A stretch of DNA of 64,000 nt from Gemmatimonadota bacterium (GCA_009838645.1 VXRC01000024.1:18494-82493); one strand, 5' to 3'. Counted from the stretch's first letter, positions 38,728-47,819 are shown. Program-made: numbers and translations. Notes: generated by a model from the letters alone, not told the origin.

Positions 38728-39174
38728 ATGAGATACCGTCTTCACCTGGCCATACTTGGCCTGATCCTGACCGCCTTTATCGCCAACGACGCGGCCGCAC
38801 AGCGAGGCGGATTTGGTCGCGGGGGCGGCCGAGGCCAGAACAGTGCCATGATAGAACGCATGCGGGCGGTAAGCACCTTCCCCGTCGACCGGATCTGGCA
38901 CGTGTTGAGCATCCGGATGGAAACCACCGACGAGCAGGTGCTGCAATTGCGCGCGGTCGTGAAGGAAGCCTCGTCTCAGAAGACCGCGCTGGTGGAACAG
39001 GCCACGAAGACCGAGGACTGGACCTGGCTGCGCGAGCAACTGGAAGCGAACGAGAAGCAGTTTAAGGAGAACCTGAAGAGCATGCTCTCCGCCGACGAGT
39101 TCAAAGCGTTCGAGCAACTGGCGGAGGAAGCCTCAAACCTGATGCCGGACAGGCAAGGTAGATCCAGGCGTTGA
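38728..39174 (+). CDS. Periplasmic Spy/CpxP-like helical protein
   Basis: Start MRYRLHLAILGLILTAFIANDAAAQ after AAAGGAG. Helical and charged body (TDEQVLQL). Confidence 0.45.
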   Translation: MRYRLHLAILGLILTAFIANDAAAQRGGFGRGGGRGQNSAMIERMRAVSTFPVDRIWHVLSIRMETTDEQVLQLRAVVKEASSQKTALVEQATKTEDWTWLREQLEANEKQFKENLKSMLSADEFKAFEQLAEEASNLMPDRQGRSRR

Positions 39175-39217
39175 CAGAACGGGCCCGCCTGGGTTCGCCT
39201 TGACTCGGCTGGACCGA

Positions 39218-40486
39218 TTATCCCGACCACCGTTCCATCTTCTCTTCATCCAGAACCATGCCCAGCCCCGGACCCTCGATAGGAGCGAGTTCACCGCCCT
39301 CGACGGTGAAGGGGTTGGCGCATACATCGTCCTGAAGCAAACCGGGCCCCACCAGGTCCGAGGGCACCTCGACGTTCGTCGATGAAACGGCGAGATGCAC
39401 CGACGCCGCGGTACCGGGTCCCAGTTCTATGGTGCTGCCCAGCAAGGCGGGCATGCCCGCGGTCTCCGCGGCGTGGAGCAGGCGGCTCGCGCGGCGAAGC
39501 CCGCCGGCCTGGCAGGGGACGACATTGACGATGTCCACGGCGCGGTGGCGGATCAGGGCCGTCAGGAAGGCGTCCCCGAGATCAGCGACATGCTCGATAA
39601 TGGGAATGGGGGAACGGTTGCGTACTTTCGCCAGCGCTTCGGCAATACCCTCGGCATCCGCTTCGATACGGGCGGGATCCTCCCGCGACATGGGCCGCGA
39701 TAGCGCGCGAATCGGCGTCTCGCACGCGTCGGCCCCGGCCTCCGCCATGTCGCGCAGCCTGGACAGGGCTTCGTCTTCCTCCCAGAAACCGCTGGCATCC
39801 ACCTTGATGTAGGCTACGGTTCCCGCGATCTTGCGAGCAAGCCTCACCCGCTCGAGGTCCCTTTCGTGGTCCTCGCCCACCTTGAGCTTGAAGGCCTTCA
39901 TGCCCGATCCCACCTGGTCGGCAACCTCCCGTTCGAGAGCCTGCAGTTCGTCCTCGAGCGTGGCGTCTCCGCGCAGGTAGGCCACCCAGGAAACGGATGC
40001 GGCGCGCCGGCACCGGCCGCCCAGGAGTTCGTACAACGGAAGGCCGTGCGTCTTTCCGACCAGGTCTAGCAACGCACATTCGACACCGAAGAGCATCAAC
40101 TGCCGCAGTTCGGGGTACCAGTCGCCGGGAAGCGCCTCGTCGACCCCGTCATAGAGGTTGCGCCACGCACGCACGTCGCCTCCGGCCAGCACGCCAGCGT
40201 CGACCAGCACGCCGGCCGACACGCCAGCGCCGCCCGGCACGCCAGTGTCGACCAGCACGCCGGACAACAGGTCCTGGAGCGTCGCCGGCGAAGGAGCGTC
40301 CATCCGCGGCGCGATATCGGAGACCTCGCCGATACCGGTCAGGCCGTCAGAAGTCGTCAATTCGATGATCTGGTAGGTGGACCGCCCGTGGTCGATGGTG
40401 GCCTTCAGTTGCTTGGGGTCCGCACAATAGGTGTCGTAGATGCGCGGGACGGCCACCTGGCGCACGCGGACGTCGGAGATTCGCAT
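39218..40486 (-). CDS. Enolase-superfamily enzyme (MR/MLE family) with an internal G/V/A low-complexity insert
   Basis: 422 aa with MR/MLE motifs (KLKVGEDHERDLERV, KVDASG, IIEHVAD). The insert VLVDTGVPGGAGVSAGVLVDAGVLAGGD is encoded by tandem DNA repeats near 40190-40260. Confidence 0.55.
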   Translation of the reverse strand: MRISDVRVRQVAVPRIYDTYCADPKQLKATIDHGRSTYQIIELTTSDGLTGIGEVSDIAPRMDAPSPATLQDLLSGVLVDTGVPGGAGVSAGVLVDAGVLAGGDVRAWRNLYDGVDEALPGDWYPELRQLMLFGVECALLDLVGKTHGLPLYELLGGRCRRAASVSWVAYLRGDATLEDELQALEREVADQVGSGMKAFKLKVGEDHERDLERVRLARKIAGTVAYIKVDASGFWEEDEALSRLRDMAEAGADACETPIRALSRPMSREDPARIEADAEGIAEALAKVRNRSPIPIIEHVADLGDAFLTALIRHRAVDIVNVVPCQAGGLRRASRLLHAAETAGMPALLGSTIELGPGTAASVHLAVSSTNVEVPSDLVGPGLLQDDVCANPFTVEGGELAPIEGPGLGMVLDEEKMERWSG

Positions 40487-40728
40487 TTCGGTATGTTACC
40501 GCCGTCGTGTTCCGGGGTCAATGGCATCTTCATTCGTCGTTCGCGCGGCTTCCCTGCCCGTTGCCGGGCGCATTCCGGCAGATCAAGTACGTGAATCGCC
40601 CGGACCGCCGGACCGCCTGGACCGCCTGGTTACGTACCGGTTTGCAACTTGCCAGCGGGGTTCGAAGTCTTTATCTTTAGAAAGCCAGAATCCGAACACA
40701 CATTCCGATTACACAGGGGAAGTACCTC

Positions 40729-42534
40729 ATGTCTCGACATATGAAACTGGTCTTGATGACCGGCTTGATCGCGCTGATGGGTGGATTTCTGCAGATCGGA
40801 CCGGGTGCGGAGCGTTCGGTGGCGACCGATCGCCTGCGTTCGGCCGATGACGCGGCGCGGATCACAAAAGGCGCAGTCAACGCGGAAAACACAGAAAATG
40901 CAGAACGAGCGATCCGGGAGATCACCGGACTGTTCGGCCCATTCGGTCCGGAGGAGGCCTACGCCCGCCGCGGTTTCGGCGGTTTTCGAAGTTCACGGTC
41001 CCTCTGGAATCGCCGCAGTTCATTTGGCCGGCGCAGCCCCTTCGCCCGGAGAAGCACGCCTGCCGCCACGCGCCAGACGCCGGCGCGCAGCACGTCGGCC
41101 GGGCAGCCCTCGGCCACCGCGGCGCGGTCGACCCGGGCAGGCGCCGCAACCGCCGGCCGGGCCACGGCGCGGTCTTCGGTCATGGGCCGGCGGGTCCAGA
41201 GCGAAACGGCGCGCCGGTCGCTGGCCACGCACCAGTCCAGGCAGGCCGGTTTCGCCCAGTCGTCCAATTCGGCCGCCAATACGAGCACCTACCGGGATAA
41301 GGGCCTCTACAACCGGGGCTCGCAGAACCGCACGTCCTATGACAACTACTACGCAGGCCGGGACAGTTATTACGGTGGCATGGGCTGGAGGACGCCGGGA
41401 TACGCCTTCATGTCATACCCCAGCTTCGGCATGTGGGACGCCCTGTTCATGTGGTCCATGCTGGACATGATGAGCAGCCGCCGTCATTACGCCGTGGCCC
41501 ATCACCACGCCAATGACCCGGGATACCAGGAATGGCGCGGCGAGGCCGAGCGCCTGGCCGAGGACAACGCGGAACTGCGCGCGAAGCTGGACGAGCTGGA
41601 CAAGCAGGTCGCCACGCTCGAAGGCACGCCGCGGGATCCCGAATACCTTCCGCCCGGCGTCACCCCGGCGATCGCACTGGCCGCCGAAGTCGTGGCCACC
41701 GCCGATCCGAACCAACCTCGCATCACGGTGAATACGGGGGTGGCGAACGGCAATTACCACCGATTCGGCCAGATCCTGCAGTCGCACCTGCCGGATTTCG
41801 ACGTGATGCTCGAGACGACGGCGGGTTCGGAGGAGAACCTGAACAACCTGGTCCAGAACCAGGTCGACGCGATCCTCGTGCAGAGCGACATCCTGAACTC
41901 CTACCTGCGCAGGAACCCTGACGCGGAAAACCAGCTGGTCGGACTGCAGTCGACCCTGTACACCGAGTACGTTCAACTGATCGTCAACGAGGACAGCGGC
42001 ATCGCGAGCGTGTCCGACCTCGAACCGAACACCCACATCGTGTACGTCGGCCCCCGGGGTTCGGGGACACACCGGGCCTGGGAGGGCTTCGTCCTGCAGG
42101 ATCCGAGGTACGGGGAATTCAATACGCGGTTCGCAGGCTACGAGGAAGCGTTGAGCCAGGTGGCGGGAGATGCCAACGCGGTCATGCTGTTCGTCGCCGG
42201 CCTCAACTCGGAACTGCTCAAGGATGCGGACCGGCAGTACGGACTGCAGTTGAGCATGGTCGCCGTGGACGAGCACTATTTCAGCACGGCCGTGGACCAG
42301 TTCGGCAACACGATCTACGAGGTGGCGACGATCCCCCACGAGACCTATCCCGAGCTGCAGGAAGGCTGGCTCTTCGGATATTTTGACAGCAGCGTGGAGA
42401 CACTGACGGTGGACGCCATCCTGATCCTGTCCAAGCGGTGGGTGGATACCTACGGCAGCAAGCCGATGACCCTCTTCGAAGACGCCCTGTGGAGGTCCAT
42501 CGACGACATCAAGCCCATCGTGGGCGAGGAGTAG
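40729..42534 (+). CDS. Secreted/membrane-anchored multidomain protein: N-terminal TM, R/S-rich disordered region, coiled coil, C-terminal TAXI-type (TRAP-associated) solute-binding-like domain
   Basis: 601 aa with a TM N-terminus (MSRHMKLVLMTGLIALMGGFLQIGPGA), an R/S/T-rich segment of ~150 aa, a coiled coil (AELRAKLDELDKQVATLEG), then ITVNTGVANGNYHRFGQILQSHLP...AGSEENLNNLVQNQVDAILVQSDIL matching the TAXI SBP pattern. Confidence 0.5.
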   Translation: MSRHMKLVLMTGLIALMGGFLQIGPGAERSVATDRLRSADDAARITKGAVNAENTENAERAIREITGLFGPFGPEEAYARRGFGGFRSSRSLWNRRSSFGRRSPFARRSTPAATRQTPARSTSAGQPSATAARSTRAGAATAGRATARSSVMGRRVQSETARRSLATHQSRQAGFAQSSNSAANTSTYRDKGLYNRGSQNRTSYDNYYAGRDSYYGGMGWRTPGYAFMSYPSFGMWDALFMWSMLDMMSSRRHYAVAHHHANDPGYQEWRGEAERLAEDNAELRAKLDELDKQVATLEGTPRDPEYLPPGVTPAIALAAEVVATADPNQPRITVNTGVANGNYHRFGQILQSHLPDFDVMLETTAGSEENLNNLVQNQVDAILVQSDILNSYLRRNPDAENQLVGLQSTLYTEYVQLIVNEDSGIASVSDLEPNTHIVYVGPRGSGTHRAWEGFVLQDPRYGEFNTRFAGYEEALSQVAGDANAVMLFVAGLNSELLKDADRQYGLQLSMVAVDEHYFSTAVDQFGNTIYEVATIPHETYPELQEGWLFGYFDSSVETLTVDAILILSKRWVDTYGSKPMTLFEDALWRSIDDIKPIVGEE

Positions 42535-42546
42535 CGCGAAGGCCCG

Positions 42547-43248
42547 ATGAGCTTTCACATCATTCGTTCCGTAGCGAAGAAGCAGGCGAAAGAGGCGGCT
42601 GGCTTCTTTCGAAAGAAACCCGTGCGGGTCGACCAGGATCTGCCCCTGGGCGTCGCCATCGACCGGCTGGTCGACATCGACGCCGTCGCGTCGTCCACTT
42701 TTACCGGCCTCGTACACTTCAACTTTCCATCCTTTCCCCTGGCCATCGAGGCGATCGGAAAGATCGACCTCGGCGAAGGGGCCATGGCCTACCGGTGCTA
42801 TCTCCAGGGCACCTCGGCCTTCCTCCAGGTGGTGTCGGACCACGGGGAGCCCGTGGAATGCCGCCTGTACGTGCTCGACCGGGATCTGTATCCCCATTCC
42901 GAGGAAGTCTGGGAGCTCTGGCTGAACGGCGAGAACGGCATCATCGGATCCCCGGAAGTGCTGCACGGCGACGGGGAGGAACGGAGCTACCAGCGGGAAT
43001 GGATGGACGGCGACGGGCAGTCGGCGCCGATACAGGTCGAAGAACGGATCATCCGCGACGCGTACGGAGAGCAGGTCTTCGAGGAAACCCAGCAGGCCAT
43101 GTCCTACTTCCGGGTGGCAAGCGGGGATCCCCACAACCCGGAAGATCCCGAACGCGAGGACGAATTCCTGTTGATCAGCGCGGGCGACGGCGTTATAGAA
43201 CTGTATCTGGGCGTGGCATTGATGCTCGAGGAAGTCACGGTTATTTAA
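42547..43248 (+). CDS. DUF2491/YjfK-like protein (tentative), partner of PspA-family proteins
   Basis: 233 aa, 13 nt after the previous gene. The segment AMAYRCYLQGTSAFLQVVSDHGEPVECRLYVL is reminiscent of YjfK-type proteins. Its N-terminus (MSFHIIRSVAKKQAKEAAGFF) resembles that of the downstream gene. Confidence 0.35.
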   Translation: MSFHIIRSVAKKQAKEAAGFFRKKPVRVDQDLPLGVAIDRLVDIDAVASSTFTGLVHFNFPSFPLAIEAIGKIDLGEGAMAYRCYLQGTSAFLQVVSDHGEPVECRLYVLDRDLYPHSEEVWELWLNGENGIIGSPEVLHGDGEERSYQREWMDGDGQSAPIQVEERIIRDAYGEQVFEETQQAMSYFRVASGDPHNPEDPEREDEFLLISAGDGVIELYLGVALMLEEVTVI

Positions 43249-43266
43249 ACGCGAAAGGATGAAAAA

Positions 43267-44037
43267 ATGATCTGGAAGTTTCTCTCCCGCGTCGGCAAGA
43301 AACAGGCCGGCAACGCCCTGGAGTCCTTCACCCAGGCCGTGGTGGCCTTCGACCCGGAAACCGCCTCCGAGGCGCAGATCTCCCTCATGGAAGAGGAACT
43401 CGACAAGCTCGGGAAGCGGGTCGGCAAGGCCGAGATGGACGTGAAGAAGGACCATGAAGAGACGCAGGCGCTCTTGACGCAGTACGACCGGTACCTGGCC
43501 GCCGCAGAACGGATCGAAGGCCAGCTCGAAGGGGCGGAAGAGGGCCAGCGTTCCAAGCTGGAGGAGAGCCTTGAAAAGCTGGTCGCGGAACTGGAGCGTC
43601 TGAACCCGGAGATCGAACGGGAACGCCAGGAGGACCAGGAAGCGGAGGCCTTCGCGACCGAACTGCGCCAGGCCTACGATGTGGCGGCGGAGAAGCTCAA
43701 GAAGGCGCAGGTCCAGCTGAAACAGGCCCAGCGCCGCATGGAGCAGGCCCGGATGAAGAAGGAACGGGCCCTCGAACGCGCAGAAGGCGTGCGGCAGGCC
43801 TCTGGGCTGAGCAGTTCAATGGGCGGGCTCGACACGGCCCTCAACGCCATGGACAAGGAAACGGAGAAGGCGGAGACGACCTCCCGTGCCGCAGAGCTGA
43901 AGATCGGCGCCTTCGGCCAGACCGAAATCTCCGACGATCCCAACATCGCGGCGGCCCTTGAAGCGGCCGACAAACCCGCGCTGCCCGCTTCTTCGACGCG
44001 GGACCGGCTGGCGGCCCTGCGTTCCAGGAAGTCCTGA
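43267..44037 (+). CDS. PspA/IM30 (phage-shock protein A/Vipp1) family coiled-coil protein, YjfJ-like
   Basis: 256 aa, all-helical and coiled coil. The N-terminal pattern (FLSRVGKKQAGNALESF...SLMEEELDKLGKRVGKAEMDV) parallels E. coli YjfJ/PspA (LFTLGKSFISQAEESI...ELDKAGKSRVDL). Confidence 0.5.
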   Translation: MIWKFLSRVGKKQAGNALESFTQAVVAFDPETASEAQISLMEEELDKLGKRVGKAEMDVKKDHEETQALLTQYDRYLAAAERIEGQLEGAEEGQRSKLEESLEKLVAELERLNPEIERERQEDQEAEAFATELRQAYDVAAEKLKKAQVQLKQAQRRMEQARMKKERALERAEGVRQASGLSSSMGGLDTALNAMDKETEKAETTSRAAELKIGAFGQTEISDDPNIAAALEAADKPALPASSTRDRLAALRSRKS

Positions 44038-44149
44038 GACCGCCGCAGGACCTGAAATCAAAGGCTCACCCGATGCGAAAAGCGGACGGTGGGCCTTTTC
44101 TTTAAATATGCCTTAGATAAGCCCACCGCACTCTCCCAGGAGGCAAACC

Positions 44150-44989
44150 ATGCCGGGAATCCTGTCCTCCCTCCTTGCGGCCGTACACCGTTTCGGTCCC
44201 TACGTACTGGCCGTCAACATGATCCTCTATTTCATCGAGTTGCAATATACCCAGACGCGCAGCAGCCTGGACGCCGGCGCCTGGGCGGGGTTCATCTGGA
44301 TCGAACGGGTCATCGCCGGGTTCTTCACCCTGGAGTACGTGTTGCGCATCAAGCTGGCGCCGCACAAGGGGAAGTACCTGCGCAGCGGGCTCGGGTTGAT
44401 CGACCTGGTCAGCATCCTGCCCTTCTGGATCGGATTCTATCCCGGCCTCACCCAGGAGCAACTCGGCCTGGTGCGCGGCGCGCGGACGCTCCGGCTGCTC
44501 AAGATGTTCCGTTACAGCCCCAAGCTGGCGGAGTTCGCCCGGTCTATGTACACCAACCGCGTCCGGGTCATCCCCATCTTCCTCATTACCATCATGTACC
44601 TGATGATCAGCTCCACCGTGATCTACGAGGTGGAACGCCGCGCCCAGCCGGAGGTATTCAATGTCTACGGCGACAGCATCTGGTGGGCCGTGGTGACCTC
44701 CACCACGGTGGGGTACGGGGACAAGTACCCGGTCACTCCCCTGGGTCAGGGGGCCACCGTCCTGATGATGATGGTGGGCATCGGTATCGTGGGCATGATA
44801 TTCGGGTTCTTCGCCGACAGCTTCCACGACTCCCGGCAACCGCTGGAACCGACGTTAATGGAGGAATACTGCAGAGGGGTTCGCGAAGAGGGGACGGAAG
44901 GCCGCACGGTGCAGGCCCTGCGGCAGACTCACCGCAGCAACCCGCAATTCCTGATCTTCGCCGATACGGTGGACCGATATATCGGTTAG
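44150..44989 (+). CDS. Voltage-gated potassium channel (6TM, Kv/KvAP-like)
   Basis: Selectivity filter TTVGYGD, S4-like segment LVRGARTLRLLKMFRY, six hydrophobic helices. Confidence 0.75.
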   Translation: MPGILSSLLAAVHRFGPYVLAVNMILYFIELQYTQTRSSLDAGAWAGFIWIERVIAGFFTLEYVLRIKLAPHKGKYLRSGLGLIDLVSILPFWIGFYPGLTQEQLGLVRGARTLRLLKMFRYSPKLAEFARSMYTNRVRVIPIFLITIMYLMISSTVIYEVERRAQPEVFNVYGDSIWWAVVTSTTVGYGDKYPVTPLGQGATVLMMMVGIGIVGMIFGFFADSFHDSRQPLEPTLMEEYCRGVREEGTEGRTVQALRQTHRSNPQFLIFADTVDRYIG

Positions 44990-45038
44990 GCGGAAGGAGC
45001 GAACTAGCGGAAGGAGCGAGTCAGGCTGACGGAGCGAA

Positions 45039-45887
45039 CTAAAGGGATGAAGTTTCTTCGGACCCGGTTTCGGGATCGGTCTCGGGATCGGTCTCGGGCT
45101 CCGGCTCGAACGTCCCGATGGATTCCTTGAGGGAAATCAGCCTCCGGAGCCGTCTCCGGTCCTTGGGCGTGAAACGATCCGTGTAGGCGTCGTAGATGGG
45201 TTGCTCGGGCGCGCCGTCGATGCGCGTGACGATCACGTACAGAAAGAGATTGTCCACGTCCTCCGGGGCGTTCTTCCAGACGGGCGACAGCAGGGCGAAA
45301 TTCCAGACGGCCCGCTCGTCCGGCCCCAGGTCCTTGCCCTCCGTGTGCCGGATGTTGTAGTTGAAATCGTCGTCCAGGATCCACTTCCGGGGTTCCCTTC
45401 TCATGAGCGAACCGCGGAAGTACACCTTGGAGATCCGGTGTTCCGTCCGGTTGTGTATGGAGAGTTTCACGACGGACCGGCCCCGCTGCACGTAGTACTC
45501 GACCCCACGCACCCTCACGTCCTTGAGACTTTCCATGGCGGAATCCGTGTTCTCCTGCTTCTCCTCCAGGGCCTCGATGGCCTTGTTCACCCGCTCGTTC
45601 CACTCCGCGAAGATGTCCGTCGCGTCCATGCCGTCCAGCCGGCCGCGGATCCGGTTCTGTATGGCGTCTGACGCGTTCAGCGAGCTGATTACGTTGTCGC
45701 TGTAAAGGTACACGAACGCTTCCAGCACCTCGTCGAGTCTTTCCTGGTCGTCCTCGGCCAGGGTGGCCTTGACCTCGGCGGTGGATGCGTCGAAGGTCTC
45801 GACGTCCGTGCCATCTATGGTAGGACCGGACTTGCAGGCCATCGCGACCAGCGCGAGACCCGCGGTAAACAGACTCAGGCGCACCAT
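45039..45887 (-). CDS. Lipoprotein of unknown function with C-terminal E-P-E-T-D-P repeats
   Basis: Signal and lipobox (LALVAMAC). The C-terminal repeat is encoded by tandem DNA repeats at ~45060-45105. Confidence 0.5.
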   Translation of the reverse strand: MVRLSLFTAGLALVAMACKSGPTIDGTDVETFDASTAEVKATLAEDDQERLDEVLEAFVYLYSDNVISSLNASDAIQNRIRGRLDGMDATDIFAEWNERVNKAIEALEEKQENTDSAMESLKDVRVRGVEYYVQRGRSVVKLSIHNRTEHRISKVYFRGSLMRREPRKWILDDDFNYNIRHTEGKDLGPDERAVWNFALLSPVWKNAPEDVDNLFLYVIVTRIDGAPEQPIYDAYTDRFTPKDRRRLRRLISLKESIGTFEPEPETDPETDPETGSEETSSL

Positions 45888-45932
45888 CGTTCGTCTCCTG
45901 CCCGTTCGTCTCCTGCCCGTTCATCTCCTGCC
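45888..45932 (-). repeat. Three tandem 15-nt units (GGCAGGAGAYGAACG on the coding strand), each with a Shine-Dalgarno-like AGGAGA, immediately 5' of the lipoprotein start codon
   Basis: Read directly: cgttcgtctcctgcc x2 plus cgttcatctcctgcc on the + strand, abutting the ATG at 45885-45887. Confidence 0.5.
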
Positions 45933-45996
45933 GAATACGCTGAAGTATGTTCTTCGCTCATGTAAATACTATCCGGTTTGTGCTGGATGTACAAGG

Positions 45997-47028
45997 TTAA
46001 ACGTCCCCGGCGGTACGCAGTTGCTCCGCAGGTTTACGCCCCACGAAATCGTGCAGTTCACGCCGGGAAAGGACGGACGTGGCCGGTTTCTGCACGATGA
46101 CGGCTGCCGCGTCGTTGGCGAGTACCCCCGCCTCCTCGAGTGGAAGTCCCAACGCCGCGCCGATGGCAAGTACCGCCCGTACCGTGTCGCCGCAACCGAC
46201 CTTGTCCACGGGCTCGACCCGGTGCCCGGGCGCATGGAAGAACCCACCCGTGCCCACGCCGCAGAGTCCGTGCGCGCCGAGGGTGACCACCGTGTTCCGG
46301 CAGCCCAGCGCGTCGTGCAGTCGCCGGCAGTCGGTTTCCAGCCGTTCCATGGAGAACCCGCCGATGAGTTCGGCGGCCTCGGCGGCGTTCGGCGCGATGA
46401 TGTCCACGCCGGAGAAGGCCTCCCGGTTGCCCGGTTTGAAGTCGACCACGACCGGGATTTCATGGAGGCGGCATTCACGGATGATCTGGCCGGCGTTCTT
46501 CGAAGTAAAGACGCCCTTGTCGTAGTCGCTCAGGACCACCACGTCGGTTTCCGGCAGCGCGCGAAGGACTTCCTTCACCAGCGCGGCCGAGATCCTTTCG
46601 CCCACCCGGTCGTTGCACTCGGAATCACGGCGCAGCAGGTAGTCGTCGTCCAGGTACAGCCGGACCTTGGTCGTGGTGGGCCGGCCGCCGTCCCGGATCA
46701 GGCCGTGGCGGATGGATAAACCGTCGGCCAGCTCTCGGATCTTGAAGTAATGTTCGTCGTCGCCCGTCACGCCCACGAGGGTGGTGCGCACGTCCAGGGA
46801 AGCCAGGTTGGCGGCCACGTTGCCCGCGCCGCCCAGCACCTTGATCGTCTCCTGCGCCTGGTAGGCCCGCTTCCCTGACTTCTCCGAATCGATGGGCTTG
46901 CTGTCGCCGGTCCGGCAGAACTCGTAGACGTCGAGCATGACGTCCCCGACGACGAGGGCGCGCAGTTCCGGGAAACGATCGATGACCTCGAGCGCACTTC
47001 CGGGGTTGTAGTCCGGGTTCCGGTTCAT
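45997..47028 (-). CDS. PfkB-family kinase resembling D-glycero-beta-D-manno-heptose-7-phosphate kinase (HldE domain I/RfaE)
   Basis: N-terminal ALVVGDVMLDVYEF and GGAGNVAANLASL, plus a C-terminal GCGDT motif, match the RfaE kinase domain pattern. Confidence 0.55.
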   Translation of the reverse strand: MNRNPDYNPGSALEVIDRFPELRALVVGDVMLDVYEFCRTGDSKPIDSEKSGKRAYQAQETIKVLGGAGNVAANLASLDVRTTLVGVTGDDEHYFKIRELADGLSIRHGLIRDGGRPTTTKVRLYLDDDYLLRRDSECNDRVGERISAALVKEVLRALPETDVVVLSDYDKGVFTSKNAGQIIRECRLHEIPVVVDFKPGNREAFSGVDIIAPNAAEAAELIGGFSMERLETDCRRLHDALGCRNTVVTLGAHGLCGVGTGGFFHAPGHRVEPVDKVGCGDTVRAVLAIGAALGLPLEEAGVLANDAAAVIVQKPATSVLSRRELHDFVGRKPAEQLRTAGDV

Positions 47029-47819
47029 GGGCTTTCCACTCCGACGCTCTTCATCGTTGCGATGCGGGCGATGAGGCCGGCCTGGTCGAGGATGGCAAAA
47101 CCTGAGCGTCGCGCCAGCGCGTGGTCGTCCGGTCCGATATACCCCCAGGAGGCCAGCATCAGTTCGAGCGGGGGCTCACCGGCGTTACCGGACTCACCGG
47201 CGTTGAAATGGGCGTCGAGTTCCACCAGGTTGCCGATGGAATCGTCGACGAACCCGTAACGCTCCCGGCCGAACCGCGCCTGGATCGCCTCCAGGTTCTC
47301 GATCTTGGTGGCCCCGTGATCGCCCGCGTACACGTTCTCCGGCCGAACGGCCAGGCCGAAGTGGTGGCACAGGGTCACGGTGGCCTCCCGGTTCTTGTTG
47401 GTCAGGATCACAATCCCCTCGGCGTCCACCCCTTTCAATTCGTCCCAGACCGGTTGGTAGACCGTGTTGAGCAACGGCCACTGGACGGGATCGTGGGCGA
47501 CGAACCGCTTCCGAGCCGCGAAGAATCGGACCGTGCGCTCCTTCAGGGTAACGTCCGACGATTCGCGGATCGTTCGGTATTCCGCCGGATCCAGCCGGTG
47601 GTCGCCGGGCAGGCCGGCGTTCTCCACGCACCAGGCCATCAGGTTGATCGCGTCGCCGGCCGGCTGGACGTGGTACCGGTTGGTCACGAAGAGCGCCGCG
47701 GCGTTGCCGGGCAGATCGTCCGGGGAGGTGGCCAGTCCGCCGGTGACCGTATTGTAGGCCGTGATCGACATCTCCACGACGGAGTTCAGCAGGACCCCGT
47801 CGAAGTCGAATATGAGCAT
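47025..47819 (-). CDS. HAD-superfamily hydrolase
   Basis: True start MLIFDFDGVLL (DxD motif I) at 47817-47819. The long ORF to 48236 is an upstream out-of-gene extension. Confidence 0.55.
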   Translation of the reverse strand: MLIFDFDGVLLNSVVEMSITAYNTVTGGLATSPDDLPGNAAALFVTNRYHVQPAGDAINLMAWCVENAGLPGDHRLDPAEYRTIRESSDVTLKERTVRFFAARKRFVAHDPVQWPLLNTVYQPVWDELKGVDAEGIVILTNKNREATVTLCHHFGLAVRPENVYAGDHGATKIENLEAIQARFGRERYGFVDDSIGNLVELDAHFNAGESGNAGEPPLELMLASWGYIGPDDHALARRSGFAILDQAGLIARIATMKSVGVESP

